Below are positions 10,772 to 22,179 of a stretch of 48,736 nucleotides of DNA, in pieces. The notes beneath the pieces are model-generated. The model worked only from the letters and a program-made list of their open reading frames with translations, was not told where the DNA came from and ran no database searches. Every line of letters starts with the position of its first letter. The stretch's first letter is position 1. A program made the translations under genes and the position numbers. The stretch is from Octopus sinensis (taxonomy: Eukaryota): NCBI RefSeq assembly GCF_006345805.1, contig NW_021834388.1, positions 1 through 48,736 on the forward strand, written 5' to 3'.

Positions 10772-13497
10772 TGTATTCGGAATTCACTTAGATATTCCTT
10801 TGCCTGTTTTGTGACTGAGTATGATGCTTTCTTGTTTTCATGTTTTGAGACAAGTTTTAACATCCAGTCCTCAGAGTTTTTCAGGTAGGTGTCTAGGCCA
10901 ATTGTAGCAATCTTCATTGTTATTGCCAGTTGCAAAAGACCACGGCCTCCCTCTTTTCTTGGCAGATAGAGTCGTTCTGTATCTGCCTTAGGGTGGTGCA
11001 TTCTATGCATTGTCAACAGTTTCCTTATTTTTCTGTCGAGCTGACATATTTCAGTAATTGACCAGTTAACAATATTGAAACTGTAAGTCACGACTGGTAT
11101 AGCTAATGCATTGATTGCTTCGATCCTGTTTCTTGCATTCAGCTCTGTCTTGAGTATTGCTCTCACTCTTCGATAGCATTCTCTCCTGATCCTTTCCTTC
11201 ATCTCTGAATGCCTTATTCCGTTCCCTTCAATTACCCCTAGGTACTTGTAGCTCTCCGCTGGGTCTAGTTCTTTTATGACATTCTGTTGGTCAAGGTTAA
11301 CGTTAGATGTTTCTGTCATTTTTCCTTTGATAAAGGTAGCCTTTGCACATTTATCGAGGCCGAATTGCATTCTGATGTCGTCACTGAATTGTTTGACTAT
11401 CGCTAGTAAGCCCTTGAGTTGTTGATCATTTTTTGCAAAAAGCTTTAAATCATCCATGTAAACGAGATGATTTATATTTTTATCAAACATTTTATACCCG
11501 TACTGCGCGTCATTGAGCAGCTTTGAGAGAGGTATTAAGGATAAACAAAAGAGGAGTGGTGACAGTGAGTCACCCTGGAAAATGCCACACGAAATTTTTA
11601 CATCACCAGCATTTAGGGATTCACTGTCACTGTTCAGAGTTAGTGTGGTTCTCCATGATCTCATACTTACAGTCAAGAAGTTTCGCAGAGTTGGTGCTAT
11701 CTTATACATTTCAAGGCATTTCCTAATCCAGCTATGTGGTAGGCTATCAAAAGCCTTTTTATAGTCTATCCAGGCTATTGATAAGTTTTTGTGTCGTTTG
11801 TGACAATCTTCTAAGATCATCTTATTGATGAGTAGTTGGTCTTTACAGCCGTAGGATCCACGTTTACATCCTTTCTGTTCATTAGGGAATATGCTGCTGT
11901 CTGTTAAAAAACTATAGGTATATTCCGTCAGGACAGATGTTAGTGTTTTGTACATAGTTGTTAAGCAGGTTATGGGTCTATAGTTTTTTGGTTCATTTGT
12001 TTCTTCACTTTTTGGAAGCAGGAATGTTAACCCATTAACTAGCCAAGGAGGCATCCTACTAGGGTGTTGCAAAACATCATTGTACAGTTCTGTTAGCAGT
12101 TCATGGCTCTCTGGGAAGGCATTCAGCCAGAAGTTAGGAATTTTATCCTTTCCTGGAGACTTCCATTTGCTTGACCTCCTGAGAGCAGATCTTATATCTT
12201 CTACCTTGACACCCTCCCACTTTTGCTCTTCTAAGGGGTCCAGTTCTGTAGATATTCTGTCAATCCAGGGGGCCTTTTCGTTGTGTGTTTTTTCTTCTGC
12301 CCAGATTTTATTCCAAAATCTCTGCACTTCTTCTTTTGATGGTACAGACCCTGCAGTAAACGCTGTTTTTCCTATCTTCCTGTAAAAATTCTTGGTGTTA
12401 TTTTTGAACATGTTGTTGTCCTTGAAAAATCTAACACGCTTTTCATACCTCGCTATGCGGGCAGCTTTGGCAGATACCTTTTGTTTGATGGTTTCTATGG
12501 TGGCATCAATATCAAGTATAGTTTTCATATTGTATTTTTTCAGTAATTTTGGGGTTTTTGTAGGTTTGGTAGTCTTGTGAGCCTTAAGGTTTTTCAAATA
12601 TTCAATGTCAGATCTAAATACTTTAATTTGTTTTTGCAGACGCTCTTGCCAAGAAGGCTTTTTGTGGGACTGTTGCCGTTTTCTAATCTTTACACCACAT
12701 AGGATCGTTGAGATTTTCGCGGATGCATAGTATAGGTGGTTGAGGTTTGTGATATCAACATCATTAACTGAAATTATATCCTTAAGTGCAAGCCGGATTT
12801 TACCAATTATTTTCATGTTTTGGTTAGAGTTGCGGATTTTAGGAAGTGTATCACGCTCATCCATGCTGGTTTCTTTAATTTTCAGCCATTCAATCATGAT
12901 TTGATTTTTTAGCTCATGTAGTTCTGTTGGGTCAATATTTGTGTGACTTTCTTTATCTATTTGATGCTCATCTGTCTTAGTGTTTATGATTGGTTCAGGG
13001 CGTATTTCACTTTGCCTATCACTTATACTAACTCTTTCAATCCTCTCTTCGTTTTTATCCGCCCTGGGCTGGTCTATAATCATTTCCTCTGTATTATCTT
13101 CTCTAGCTGCAGCTTCGTTCATTTTATCCGATATTGCTTGTCTAACCTGATCAATCTCTACTTCAGTCAGTAATTTCTTTTTTATAATGTTTCTTCTAAC
13201 ATTGGCAAGCTTGTTACTGTCTATGTAGGGTCTTACTTCAGGGTGTTTCTGTCTCCAGTTTAAGTATGCTTGTACAGTGCTAGACTTATCTGTGGGGAAA
13301 TATATGGCATGGTAGAAGGCCTCAAGAACTTCTTTATTATCTTCCCTAGACCATTTTTCCTTCTTTTTCTTTTGATTATTTGGTGATGAGCATGGATGGC
13401 CATCTGTTGGAATATTCCGGTTGTGGGGTTCGTCCAGCTCCTGTGTGTTGGGAAGATTTGATCCAGTAACTGATTTTTCAATCAGGATTTGGTTCAA
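10756..13497 (-). CDS. Retrotransposon polyprotein, N-terminal and reverse transcriptase part (913 codons; the called start is TTG, so probably 5'-truncated)
   Basis: KSPGKDKI, NYRPITCL, WIDYKKAFDS, GIFQGDSLSPLLF, YMDDLKLF, YKYLG, RLYLPRKEGGRGL; N-terminal KWSREDNKEVLEAFY motif typical of R4/Dong. Confidence 0.93.
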   Translation of the reverse strand: MNQILIEKSVTGSNLPNTQELDEPHNRNIPTDGHPCSSPNNQKKKKEKWSREDNKEVLEAFYHAIYFPTDKSSTVQAYLNWRQKHPEVRPYIDSNKLANVRRNIIKKKLLTEVEIDQVRQAISDKMNEAAAREDNTEEMIIDQPRADKNEERIERVSISDRQSEIRPEPIINTKTDEHQIDKESHTNIDPTELHELKNQIMIEWLKIKETSMDERDTLPKIRNSNQNMKIIGKIRLALKDIISVNDVDITNLNHLYYASAKISTILCGVKIRKRQQSHKKPSWQERLQKQIKVFRSDIEYLKNLKAHKTTKPTKTPKLLKKYNMKTILDIDATIETIKQKVSAKAARIARYEKRVRFFKDNNMFKNNTKNFYRKIGKTAFTAGSVPSKEEVQRFWNKIWAEEKTHNEKAPWIDRISTELDPLEEQKWEGVKVEDIRSALRRSSKWKSPGKDKIPNFWLNAFPESHELLTELYNDVLQHPSRMPPWLVNGLTFLLPKSEETNEPKNYRPITCLTTMYKTLTSVLTEYTYSFLTDSSIFPNEQKGCKRGSYGCKDQLLINKMILEDCHKRHKNLSIAWIDYKKAFDSLPHSWIRKCLEMYKIAPTLRNFLTVSMRSWRTTLTLNSDSESLNAGDVKISCGIFQGDSLSPLLFCLSLIPLSKLLNDAQYGYKMFDKNINHLVYMDDLKLFAKNDQQLKGLLAIVKQFSDDIRMQFGLDKCAKATFIKGKMTETSNVNLDQQNVIKELDPAESYKYLGVIEGNGIRHSEMKERIRRECYRRVRAILKTELNARNRIEAINALAIPVVTYSFNIVNWSITEICQLDRKIRKLLTMHRMHHPKADTERLYLPRKEGGRGLLQLAITMKIATIGLDTYLKNSEDWMLKLVSKHENKKASYSVTKQAKEYLSEFRIHQFRN

Positions 13498-13499
13498 TT

Positions 13500-13583
13500 T
13501 ATTATTATTATTATATTATTATTATTATTATTATATTATTATTATTATATTATTATTATTATTATTATTATTATATTATTATT
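13500..13583. repeat. (TTA)n array separating two Dong-type insertions
   Basis: Seen directly. Confidence 0.95.
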
Positions 13584-13828
13584 CAGTAGTTTTATTTTTA
13601 TTGCGTGCTTTCACTTCACTATCGAGCGCAGCTCTGTGTGCCTTGGGTATGTGCTGTGATTTGTTGTGATGCTCTGATGGTTATTGTATGGAAAGTGTTC
13701 TGCGTAGGATGTGTGCAGTGCCTAGTAGTGCAATTTTCTGTATGTTATGTGTTTGTAAGTCCTGGTGTTTTTGTTATGTATTTGTCTGAATATTTTTTTA
13801 TCATGCCTAATGCACCTACTATGATAGG

Positions 13829-13829
<1 letters not shown>
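13584..13829 (-). mobile_element. Short 5'-truncated 3' end of a second Dong subfamily
   Basis: Minus strand reads PIIVGALGMIKKYSDKYITKTPGL / IQKIALLGTAHILRRTLSIQ*, homologous to the end of the intact ORF but with a different 3' UTR; TAA arrays on both sides. Confidence 0.88.
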
Positions 13830-13879
<50 letters not shown>

Positions 13880-14334
13880 GTTGTTGTTGTTGTTGTTGTT
13901 GTTGTTATTATTATAACCCTAAAACAGCAGTTAGTGGTAGCTCTGGCGAATGTATGGAGTGATATTTTCATCGATTGTTGTAGGGTGTATACCAGATTTT
14001 TCAGAACTGAAGACAGGATGTAAAGAACGAGCAGAACTGGTGCATTATGCATCAAGTCATCGGTTTGGGCATCGATACATTTGGCGATGTAACACAACGG
14101 TCACGGTAAAAGCATCTAATAATGACGCTGCCCTTTTGGCTCGTTGTTACTTTTGTATCATAGCACAGGCAAAGGGTAAGTGCCGAGGTTGATAGAAACA
14201 ACATGTGTTTGGAAGGAATCTGTTTGGGCATCAAAGACCCTTGAAAAGACAAAAGGATCAATTCGGAGCTTTGCCGTCCTGTGGTATGTGTGGAAAAAAG
14301 CAATGATATTGGGGGTGAGCGCAATGAAGAAGAA

Positions 14335-14749
14335 AGAGTAGTGGTAGTAGTAGTAGTAGTGGTGGTGGTGGTGGTGGTGGTGGTGGTAGCAGTAGTAGAG
14401 GAAGAAGAAGGAAGAGGAGGAGGAGGAGGAGGAAAAGAAGAAGAGGATGAAGAGGAAGAAGAAAAAGAAGAGGAGGAGGAGGTGGGGGAGGAGAAGAAGA
14501 AGAAAAAGAAGAGGAGGAAGAGGTGACTTGTCTCTGAATTCTTTCCATATTCGACCATTACGGTGATGAACATTACTCCCAGATGCATAAATAAAGTTTG
14601 CCTTTGCATTCCTTTAATTTTAAAAACTATTATTATTATTATATTATTATTATTATTATTATCATCATCATCATCATCATCATCATCATTATTATTATTA
14701 TTATATTATATTATTATTATTTTATCATCATCATCATCATTCATCATCA

Positions 14750-14787
<38 letters not shown>

Positions 14788-14862
14788 TATTATTATTATT
14801 ATCATTATCATTATTATTATTTTATTATTATTATTATTATTATTAATATTAATATTATATTA

Positions 14863-14911
<49 letters not shown>

Positions 14912-14958
14912 TATTATTATTTATTATTATATCATTATTATTGTTATTATTATTATTT
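14335..14958. repeat. Trinucleotide microsatellites (GTA/GTG/GAG/GAA, then TTA/TCA)
   Basis: Seen directly. Confidence 0.9.
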
Positions 14959-14993
14959 TTCCTTCCTGATTTCTCTAGCGGTAACTTTTGCAG

Positions 14994-15034
14994 AAGGGTG
15001 ACGATATTAGTTCGCCGGATACTGGTGAACAAGG
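14994..15034 (+). other. Candidate 41-nt micro-exon (KGDDISSPDTGEQG)
   Basis: Pyrimidine tract plus ttttgcag acceptor and AAGG|GTATGT donor; no partner exon identified. Confidence 0.2.
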
Positions 15035-16009
15035 GTATGTATTCTCAAAATTAATAAACAAATATGTTTTGTCATACTGTATGAGATAATGTTTAGCACG
15101 TGTCGAAGGGAAGTAGCGTTGAGAAGCCTCCGATTTATTTAAATGTTGGCAATACTTAAACATTCACATATGTATACATGAACGTATGTATGTATCTATG
15201 TATGCATGTGTGTATGTATGAATGTATGTATGGATGGATGAATGGTTGGATGGATGGATGGATGGATGGATGGATGGATGGATGGATGTGTGTGCAAAAG
15301 CAATGCTCAGTACCCAAACAGATTTGTAATACGTTTTGGTCCATTCTGGAGATTGTTCTTTAGGAGGTTCTCTACGTGTTGCTTGATTGAAGAATTGAAT
15401 AAACAAGGAAACTCTCGAGTAGTAGGTTCTAAATTAGCCGAAATATCATACATACATGCATGTACACGTACATCCATCCATCTATCCATCCATCCATCTA
15501 TCCATCCATCCATTCATTCATATATAAGTACGTACTATATACATAATACATACATACATTCATTCATACATACATACATACATACATACATGCATAAAAA
15601 CAAATGGATGATGTGTCAATGCACTACAGCTGTTTCCAACGAACTTTTAATTGATTAATGGAGACATTACATCCTTAGAAAAAACGATTTTCATCAGGTG
15701 ACTACACGAACCATAACATTCAAAAACATTCAAAATCCAATGAGGGTTGTGTGTCTTCATGATTCTATGACCCTTGCTAGTCATTGTGTACGTAGACATA
15801 CACACACTCGGATTCACATACAGGTATATAGTGTTGTTAATAAATAAGAAATATAGTAACTAACAAATGATGGTGATGCTGTATATCATTTGTAGAATTC
15901 AGTAATTATATTAGATTTGACTGAGACTATTGGTAATGGTGGAAATGATGATGGCGACGGTGGAGATGGTCAAGGTAGGGATGGCGAAGACGGTGACAAT
16001 GATGGCAAA

Positions 16010-16237
16010 GGCGGCCAGCTGGCAGAACCGTTAGCACGCCGGGCGAAATGCGTAGCCGTATTTTGTCTGCCGTTACATTCTGAGTTCAAATTCCGCCGAG
16101 GTCGACTTTGCCTTTCATCCTTTCGGGGTCGATAAATTAAGTACCAGTTACGCACTGGGGTCGATGTAATCGACTTAATTCGTTTGTCTGTCCTTGTTTG
16201 TTTCCTCTGTGTTTAGCCCCTTGTGGGTAATAAAGAA
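16010..16237 (+). mobile_element. tRNA-related SINE family B, full length with 14-bp TSD
   Basis: Head GGCGGCCAGCTGGCAGAA, B-box-like GAGTTCAAATTCC, core GCCTTTCATCCTTTCGGGGTCGATAAA; TSD ACAATGATGGCAAA at 15996-16009 and 16238-16251. Confidence 0.92.
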
Positions 16238-17515
16238 ACAATGATGGCAAAGGTGATGGTGATAGTGGAGGTGGTGATAGCGGGGACAGTGGCAGTGATG
16301 GCGGAGAAGGTGATGATGATGATGATGGTGGAGGAGTGAAGGTGGCGATGTTATATAAATGACATTCAAACCATGACCATCTCGTCTTTTTGTTTTTGAG
16401 ATATATTTCATGTTAATCAGTAGATTCTTTCAGTTTAAAGACAATAAAGAAAAATTTGAAAGGAATTTAGCCGCTATAGCTAGGAAGCCGAGTGACCAAG
16501 TAGTTTACCCCACCCCTTCTTCGTCGTCTTGCTAATGGCGGTATTGATGAAATATAAGTTGTTCTTTTTCATATTTATTTTCAGTTGATAAAAAAAAAAA
16601 AAAAAACCTGGATGTGAGTCGAGGCACACAGCAGAGAACTGAAATAGAGATGGAATGTATCAAGCTGTATGTTTTACTGGAAGGTAATACCAGCCATGTT
16701 CACCGTGGTGGATGTATAAAGTTACCAACATACAAAGCAAAACGTATTAAATGACGAATTGTAAGCATTGATAAAATAACACAGCATATACTGTTTCAAA
16801 TGTGGGTACTACTGTTCAGAGAGAATGACAGAGTTTCAACCTGTATTTGCCAACTGGAAAAGGAAATATTTTAAATTAATATTTCAGGAAGGTTACTATT
16901 ATTCATCGCTCCGTTTAAATATTAAAAAAACACAAAAAAACGATAAAAAATAAGCAAAAAAAAAGTAATTTTAAAGTATCTTGTTCGACTATTATACAGT
17001 CACCATTGTATGTACTCTGATCACATGACAGGAAGAGAAATGGCGGAAATACGGTGTTAATAAATTTCTTATATGGAAATATAGTTAGTGTAAAACACCA
17101 TTGTCATACTTCATAGCGTAAATCTCCCCAACAAGAGGTTTGTACATACGGACAAGGTACTTGGGACGTAAAGGATTCCTGCTGACTCGTAAAGATGAGC
17201 GTTTGTGATTTTATTTATCTACATATATACGTTTTTGCGTACACTGAGGCATATGTGTATACACACTTGCACACATACGTACATACAAACACACACACAC
17301 ACACACAACACACACACATACACGCACACACACAGTACCTATTGATATACGTGTATGTACGTACATAAGAAACGAACACACACGCATATATATACATTTA
17401 TATATGCATATATATCGACATAGATAAATAATTAGTATTTAATAAATCGTATGGTATACGATCACTGGCTTAGTGTTCGTTGGGTATATATCTTCCATCT
17501 GTCTCATTAATTACA

Positions 17516-17569
<54 letters not shown>

Positions 17570-18567
17570 ATATATAGAATACACACTCATATTCACACAT
17601 TATTTATGAGTTACGCTTATGGTTCCGGATTTTTATATACTATGTTCAAACCCTTTTGAGACTCATTTTGTCTTTCATTTCTCCTCAGTCCATAATTTAG
17701 CAACCGATTGGTTCTGAGGCTAATTAAATACGTTGCGTTCCTCATCTACAAACATATCATAAACGTATGTATGTGATCCACACACACACACACACACACA
17801 CCAAACAGACATACACATACATACATACATACATGCATGCATACATACATACATACATACATACATACATACATACATACATACATACATACATACTTAC
17901 ATACATACATGTTCACACACATGTGACCTGGCTCGATGGCTCAATGGCCGTCATTAACACAAGAATTGTACGACTTTATCTCGAGGGTCTTAAGCTTATG
18001 CAAAAAGGAGTAAAACACATTCATGTCCGGGGTAATTTGCATAATTTAAACAAAAATAAGCTAAGAGAATTTAGAGTGTTCAGTGGCATGAAACTGAACA
18101 ACCTCGAAAAACGTTATTGGTCTAATAAAATTACCTCCGCCTCAAACGTAGGATGATTTGCTGAAGATGAGGACAGTCGTAGATTAGTGTTTCTGGCACA
18201 GTACCAGTTATCTGCACGTCCAGGGTATCTCCCATTATGATGTGCAGCCTATCGTATTTGTGCAACTTGTAGTTACGATACATCCTATAGAAAATGTTAA
18301 TGTATCAAGAATTTGTATGTATTTGTCTATGTTGATCAAAATGCATGCCACTAACCACTCTCAATTATTTCTCTTAACTCAATGTTTAAAAAAAAAATTA
18401 TATATAAATGTATACATACATACATACATACATGCATACACATACACACAGATATTGTCTTCGTACATCTGATGTTTTGGGAGTATTCTACAATCATAAA
18501 GCTTTAAGTAATGTGAGGCATAGTCAGTCTTTTAGTATATATGTATATATGTATATATGTATACATG

Positions 18568-18601
<34 letters not shown>

Positions 18602-18703
18602 TGTATGTATGTATGTATGTATGTATGTTATGTATGTATATATATTATATATATATATATATTATATAGGTATTTATATACACATTTATACACACATGTA
18701 TAA

Positions 18704-18773
<70 letters not shown>

Positions 18774-18962
18774 GTACATATCTGTATATGTACTTATTAA
18801 TGCTGTTGCTACTTCGGAGTAACCCTTATTTTTATATTGTCAGTACGTACATATATGCATACATACACATATATATATATATGTATGTATATATATATAT
18901 ATATGTATATATATACATATATAGATGTAAGTATATTATACATACACACATACATACATACA

Positions 18963-18999
<37 letters not shown>

Positions 19000-19208
19000 T
19001 TATATACATACACAGCCAAATGTGTACGCGTGTGCATATATGTATGTATGAATATATACATATATATATATATGTGTGTGCTTGTGTATGTATGTGTGTG
19101 TGTGTGTATAAATTACATGCATTTTGTGCCCTTGTATGTACGTGTATATTATATCATGAGATGATTTTACGATACCAATTTTTACTATGTGCAAGGTCAT
19201 GTCGTTAA

Positions 19209-19267
<59 letters not shown>

Positions 19268-19688
19268 CCCTACTTCCAAGAAAATTCTAGACGTTTACAG
19301 TAAAAAAAAATAAAAGTATTATCTCCAAAACACAACGCCGGTTTTGCAACATGAAACTTGTTTACAAACATAACCAGTTCCGAAATGAAACTGGACCTCG
19401 GTGAGGAATCTTATTGCGTTAGTAACTCCAAATATTCCTCATTCCCAGGATCAAATACACACAGCGGAGATTGACGCCTTGATAACGTACCAAACCACCC
19501 ACCCATCCACCCACCCAATAAGCTGCACGCTAAGCAATCAACCCATAACCTACCCCAACCAACAAACCAACTGGTCGACAGTTCGTCTTTTGCATTGAAA
19601 GGACAACGTGGAAGCCTCATAAAGATGCATTGAGATTTTATACAATCGTGGACTTGCTAGAAATAAATGTGTGAATGCATGTATACGA

Positions 19689-19746
19689 TGGTGCTCCAGC
19701 ATGACCGCAGCTGTATGGCTGAAACGAATAAAGGAATAAAAGAATA
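19689..19746 (+). mobile_element. 3' tail fragment related to SINE family A
   Basis: ggtgctccagcatgaccgcag..ctgaaacgaataaaggaataaaagaa. Confidence 0.65.
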
Positions 19747-19764
19747 TGTATGCGTGTGTATATA

Positions 19765-19978
19765 TAACTTTCTAGGTGCAATTCCATGATCATTTCTGTG
19801 GAAGAGCGTAGGTTCGAAACGTTAAAGACTTTTTCACTTCCCGAGCGTTTAACTAATACATCTGTTTATAGTCTACACCACCTGTCTTCGTCCTTTGCTC
19901 GGGAAGTGAAAAAGCCTTTAACGTTTCGAACCTACGCTCTTCCACAGAAATGACCATGGAATTGCACCTAGAAAGTTA
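19765..19978. repeat. 82-bp inverted repeat (2 mismatches) with a 50-bp spacer
   Basis: 19765-19846 is the reverse complement of 19897-19978. Confidence 0.95.
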
Positions 19979-20207
19979 CCCTCCGAGGCACAAGTCAGGG
20001 CAAGATTGTTTGTGGCCCATACATACCAGTCTCCCATCTCCACACCACTGATGTTATCCAAGGGAAAGGTAGAGGCCGATACTGATTGGCACCAGTGATG
20101 TCGCAACTCGTTTCTACAGAACACAACACACAGCCCGGTCCAGGAATCGAACTCACAACCTCACGATCGTAAGCTCTACGCTCTAACCATGAGCCGTGCA
20201 CCTTCAC
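19951..20207 (-). mobile_element. tRNA-derived SINE family E (Ceph-SINE-like), probably internally deleted
   Basis: Minus-strand head GTGAAGGTGCACGGCTCATGGTTAGAGCG..GAGTTCGATTCCTGGACC with A and B boxes; family assignment from recollection. Confidence 0.8.
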
Positions 20208-20264
20208 ATACACATTCACACACACACACACACTCACAGACACACACACTCACAGACATACACA

Positions 20265-20302
<38 letters not shown>

Positions 20303-20303
20303 A

Positions 20304-20345
<42 letters not shown>

Positions 20346-20346
20346 G

Positions 20347-20860
20347 TATGGTCACCACACAATTTAAAATTCACGGCGGAACTCGAAGCAATCCAAGCTA
20401 CAATAAGAAAATCGTCTCAATGCAACGTATCAGCTATCAGGAAAGACTGACAGAATTAAATCTCTTCTCCTGAGAACGAAGGCAGGAAAGACATGCATTG
20501 ATATACATCTGGAAAATCTTGGAAGGCCTTGTACCAAACTTTGGTATTGAAAGTTACTGAAACTGCAGAACGGCGCGCCACTGCATAGTGCCAAAGATCC
20601 TAGTATCGCCATCAAAATACAAGGCTAGATACTGCAACAGCTTGGGTTTCAAGGGCCTACAACTCTTTAATATCCTTCCAAAATGTCTGAGAGCTCTGTA
20701 TGGTGTGGATGTAAGTTTCTTCAAAATAAAACCAGATCGCCTCCTGTGAAAGGTTCCAGATGAGTCTACCTCACGGCAGGAAACACAGATAAAGGCAGCT
20801 ACATCAAACGCCCTCATTGACAAAGTGACACATATCAGAGGAGATTTCAAATAATGGTGT
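20347..20860 (+). mobile_element. Decayed 3' end of a CR1-group (L2/Crack/Daphne-like) LINE
   Basis: ELEAIQ..ISYQERLTELNLFS*ERRQERHALIYIWKILEGLVPNFG..GLQLFNILPKCLR..FFKIKPDRLL*KVPDE..AATSNAL. Confidence 0.82.
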
Positions 20861-20906
20861 AGCATTATATATATAGCATTATATATATTTTCTCCATGAT
20901 AGATCG

Positions 20907-21071
20907 CTAGCAACTATACATTCTTTATTTTCTCTCCTTGTTTCTTTCTGTGGAAGAGCGTAGGTTCGAAACATTAAAGACTTTTTCACTTCCCGAGCGT
21001 TTAACTAATACATCTGTTTATTGTCTACACCACCTGTCTTCGTCCTTTGTTTTTTTGTGAAGTCCTACCCC

Positions 21072-21072
<1 letters not shown>
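20907..21072 (+). mobile_element. Penelope-like terminal repeat fragment with degenerate minimal hammerhead motif (family D)
   Basis: TCTTT-CTGTGGA-A-GAGC gtag GTTC-GAAAC-ATT-AAAGA; ~100 bp near-identical to 19793-19896. Confidence 0.55.
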
Positions 21073-21103
<31 letters not shown>

Positions 21104-21227
21104 ATACATACACACACACACAGATATACGACGAACTTCTTTCAGTTTCTACCGACCAAAAATCTTAACACAAGGCCCTGGTCGGTTCGAGTTATATATA
21201 TAGAACTATAAATATATAACTGTATAT

Positions 21228-21269
<42 letters not shown>

Positions 21270-21582
21270 AATACAAACACACACGCATACACGCACTCAC
21301 ATTTTGACATTTTTCATTACCTAATTTCTTGTTCCCTTGTTATTTATTTGATTTCATATATACGCACATATAAATACTATATTTTTGAAATACCAAATGA
21401 ACCCACATCAAGAAACGCAAGTAAACGTGTCGTTATGCTCTTATTCACCTAAACACAGAGAGGAGGCCGGGGAAATAGAATGACAAAAGCATGTTTACAT
21501 CCTCCGGTTGAGAGACGTAGAAGAGTGAATGATATTGAGGTTACACACACACATATATATATATACTATATATATATGTATA

Positions 21583-21624
<42 letters not shown>

Positions 21625-21678
21625 TGTGTGTGTGTGTGTGTGTGTGTGTATGTATATGTATAAACATAAATATATATA

Positions 21679-21994
21679 CCGTATTTGATGGCCTATAAGT
21701 CGCACGAGTGCATAGAACGCACCCAAGCCTAGGCTATACTTTTGTAAAATAAATTACTACTATCGCTATAACTTTATGTTATTACTGGTAATTATGAGCA
21801 ATTTATTGCATCCACATTCGATATAAACATACCGTAGGCGATTGTTCACCAATAGATGGCAGCACACGTTTTTATAAACATACATACCATTTTGAGCGAG
21901 TTTTGAGCCTACATTGAGTGCATTGGACGCAGGGGAATTTTGAAGCCATTTTAGGGTAAAAAAAAGGGTGCGTCTTAAAAGCCATCAAATCCGG
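21679..21994. mobile_element. pogo/Tigger-like MITE
   Basis: TIRs CCGTATTTGATGGCCTATAAGTCGCAC / GTGCGTCTTAAAAGCCATCAAATCCGG; TA on both sides; no ORF. Confidence 0.88.
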
Positions 21995-22130
21995 TATATA
22001 CATATATATATGTATGATGTAAGTATATCTATGTTTAAACACATACACACACATGCACGCGCGCGCGCACACACACACACACTCACACACACATACACAC
22101 CACACACACACACACACACGCACACACACA

Positions 22131-22166
<36 letters not shown>

Positions 22167-22179
22167 GCATACACACATA

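Larger units (their letters stand above)
9686..13499 (-). mobile_element. Near-intact R4/Dong-clade (R2 group) non-LTR retrotransposon inserted in (TAA)n
   Basis: RT, CCHC and REL coding region, ~215-nt 3' UTR, and (TAA)n on the sense strand at both junctions. TAA targeting is known for Dong elements. Confidence 0.93.

Noticed and set aside
11513-13173. Short plus-strand ORFs inside the retrotransposon
   Set aside because: Antisense shadows of the RT ORF.
13918-14190. Weak resemblance to a Tc1 transposase C-terminus (LKQQLVVALANVWSDI)
   Set aside because: No TIR or catalytic motif visible; too decayed to call.
15300-15450. SIKQHV peptide reminiscent of Penelope GIY-YIG
   Set aside because: Only a few residues match; not supportable.
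20140-20207. tRNA gene
   Set aside because: The A/B boxes belong to a SINE head with no complete cloverleaf; the same applies to the family A and B heads.
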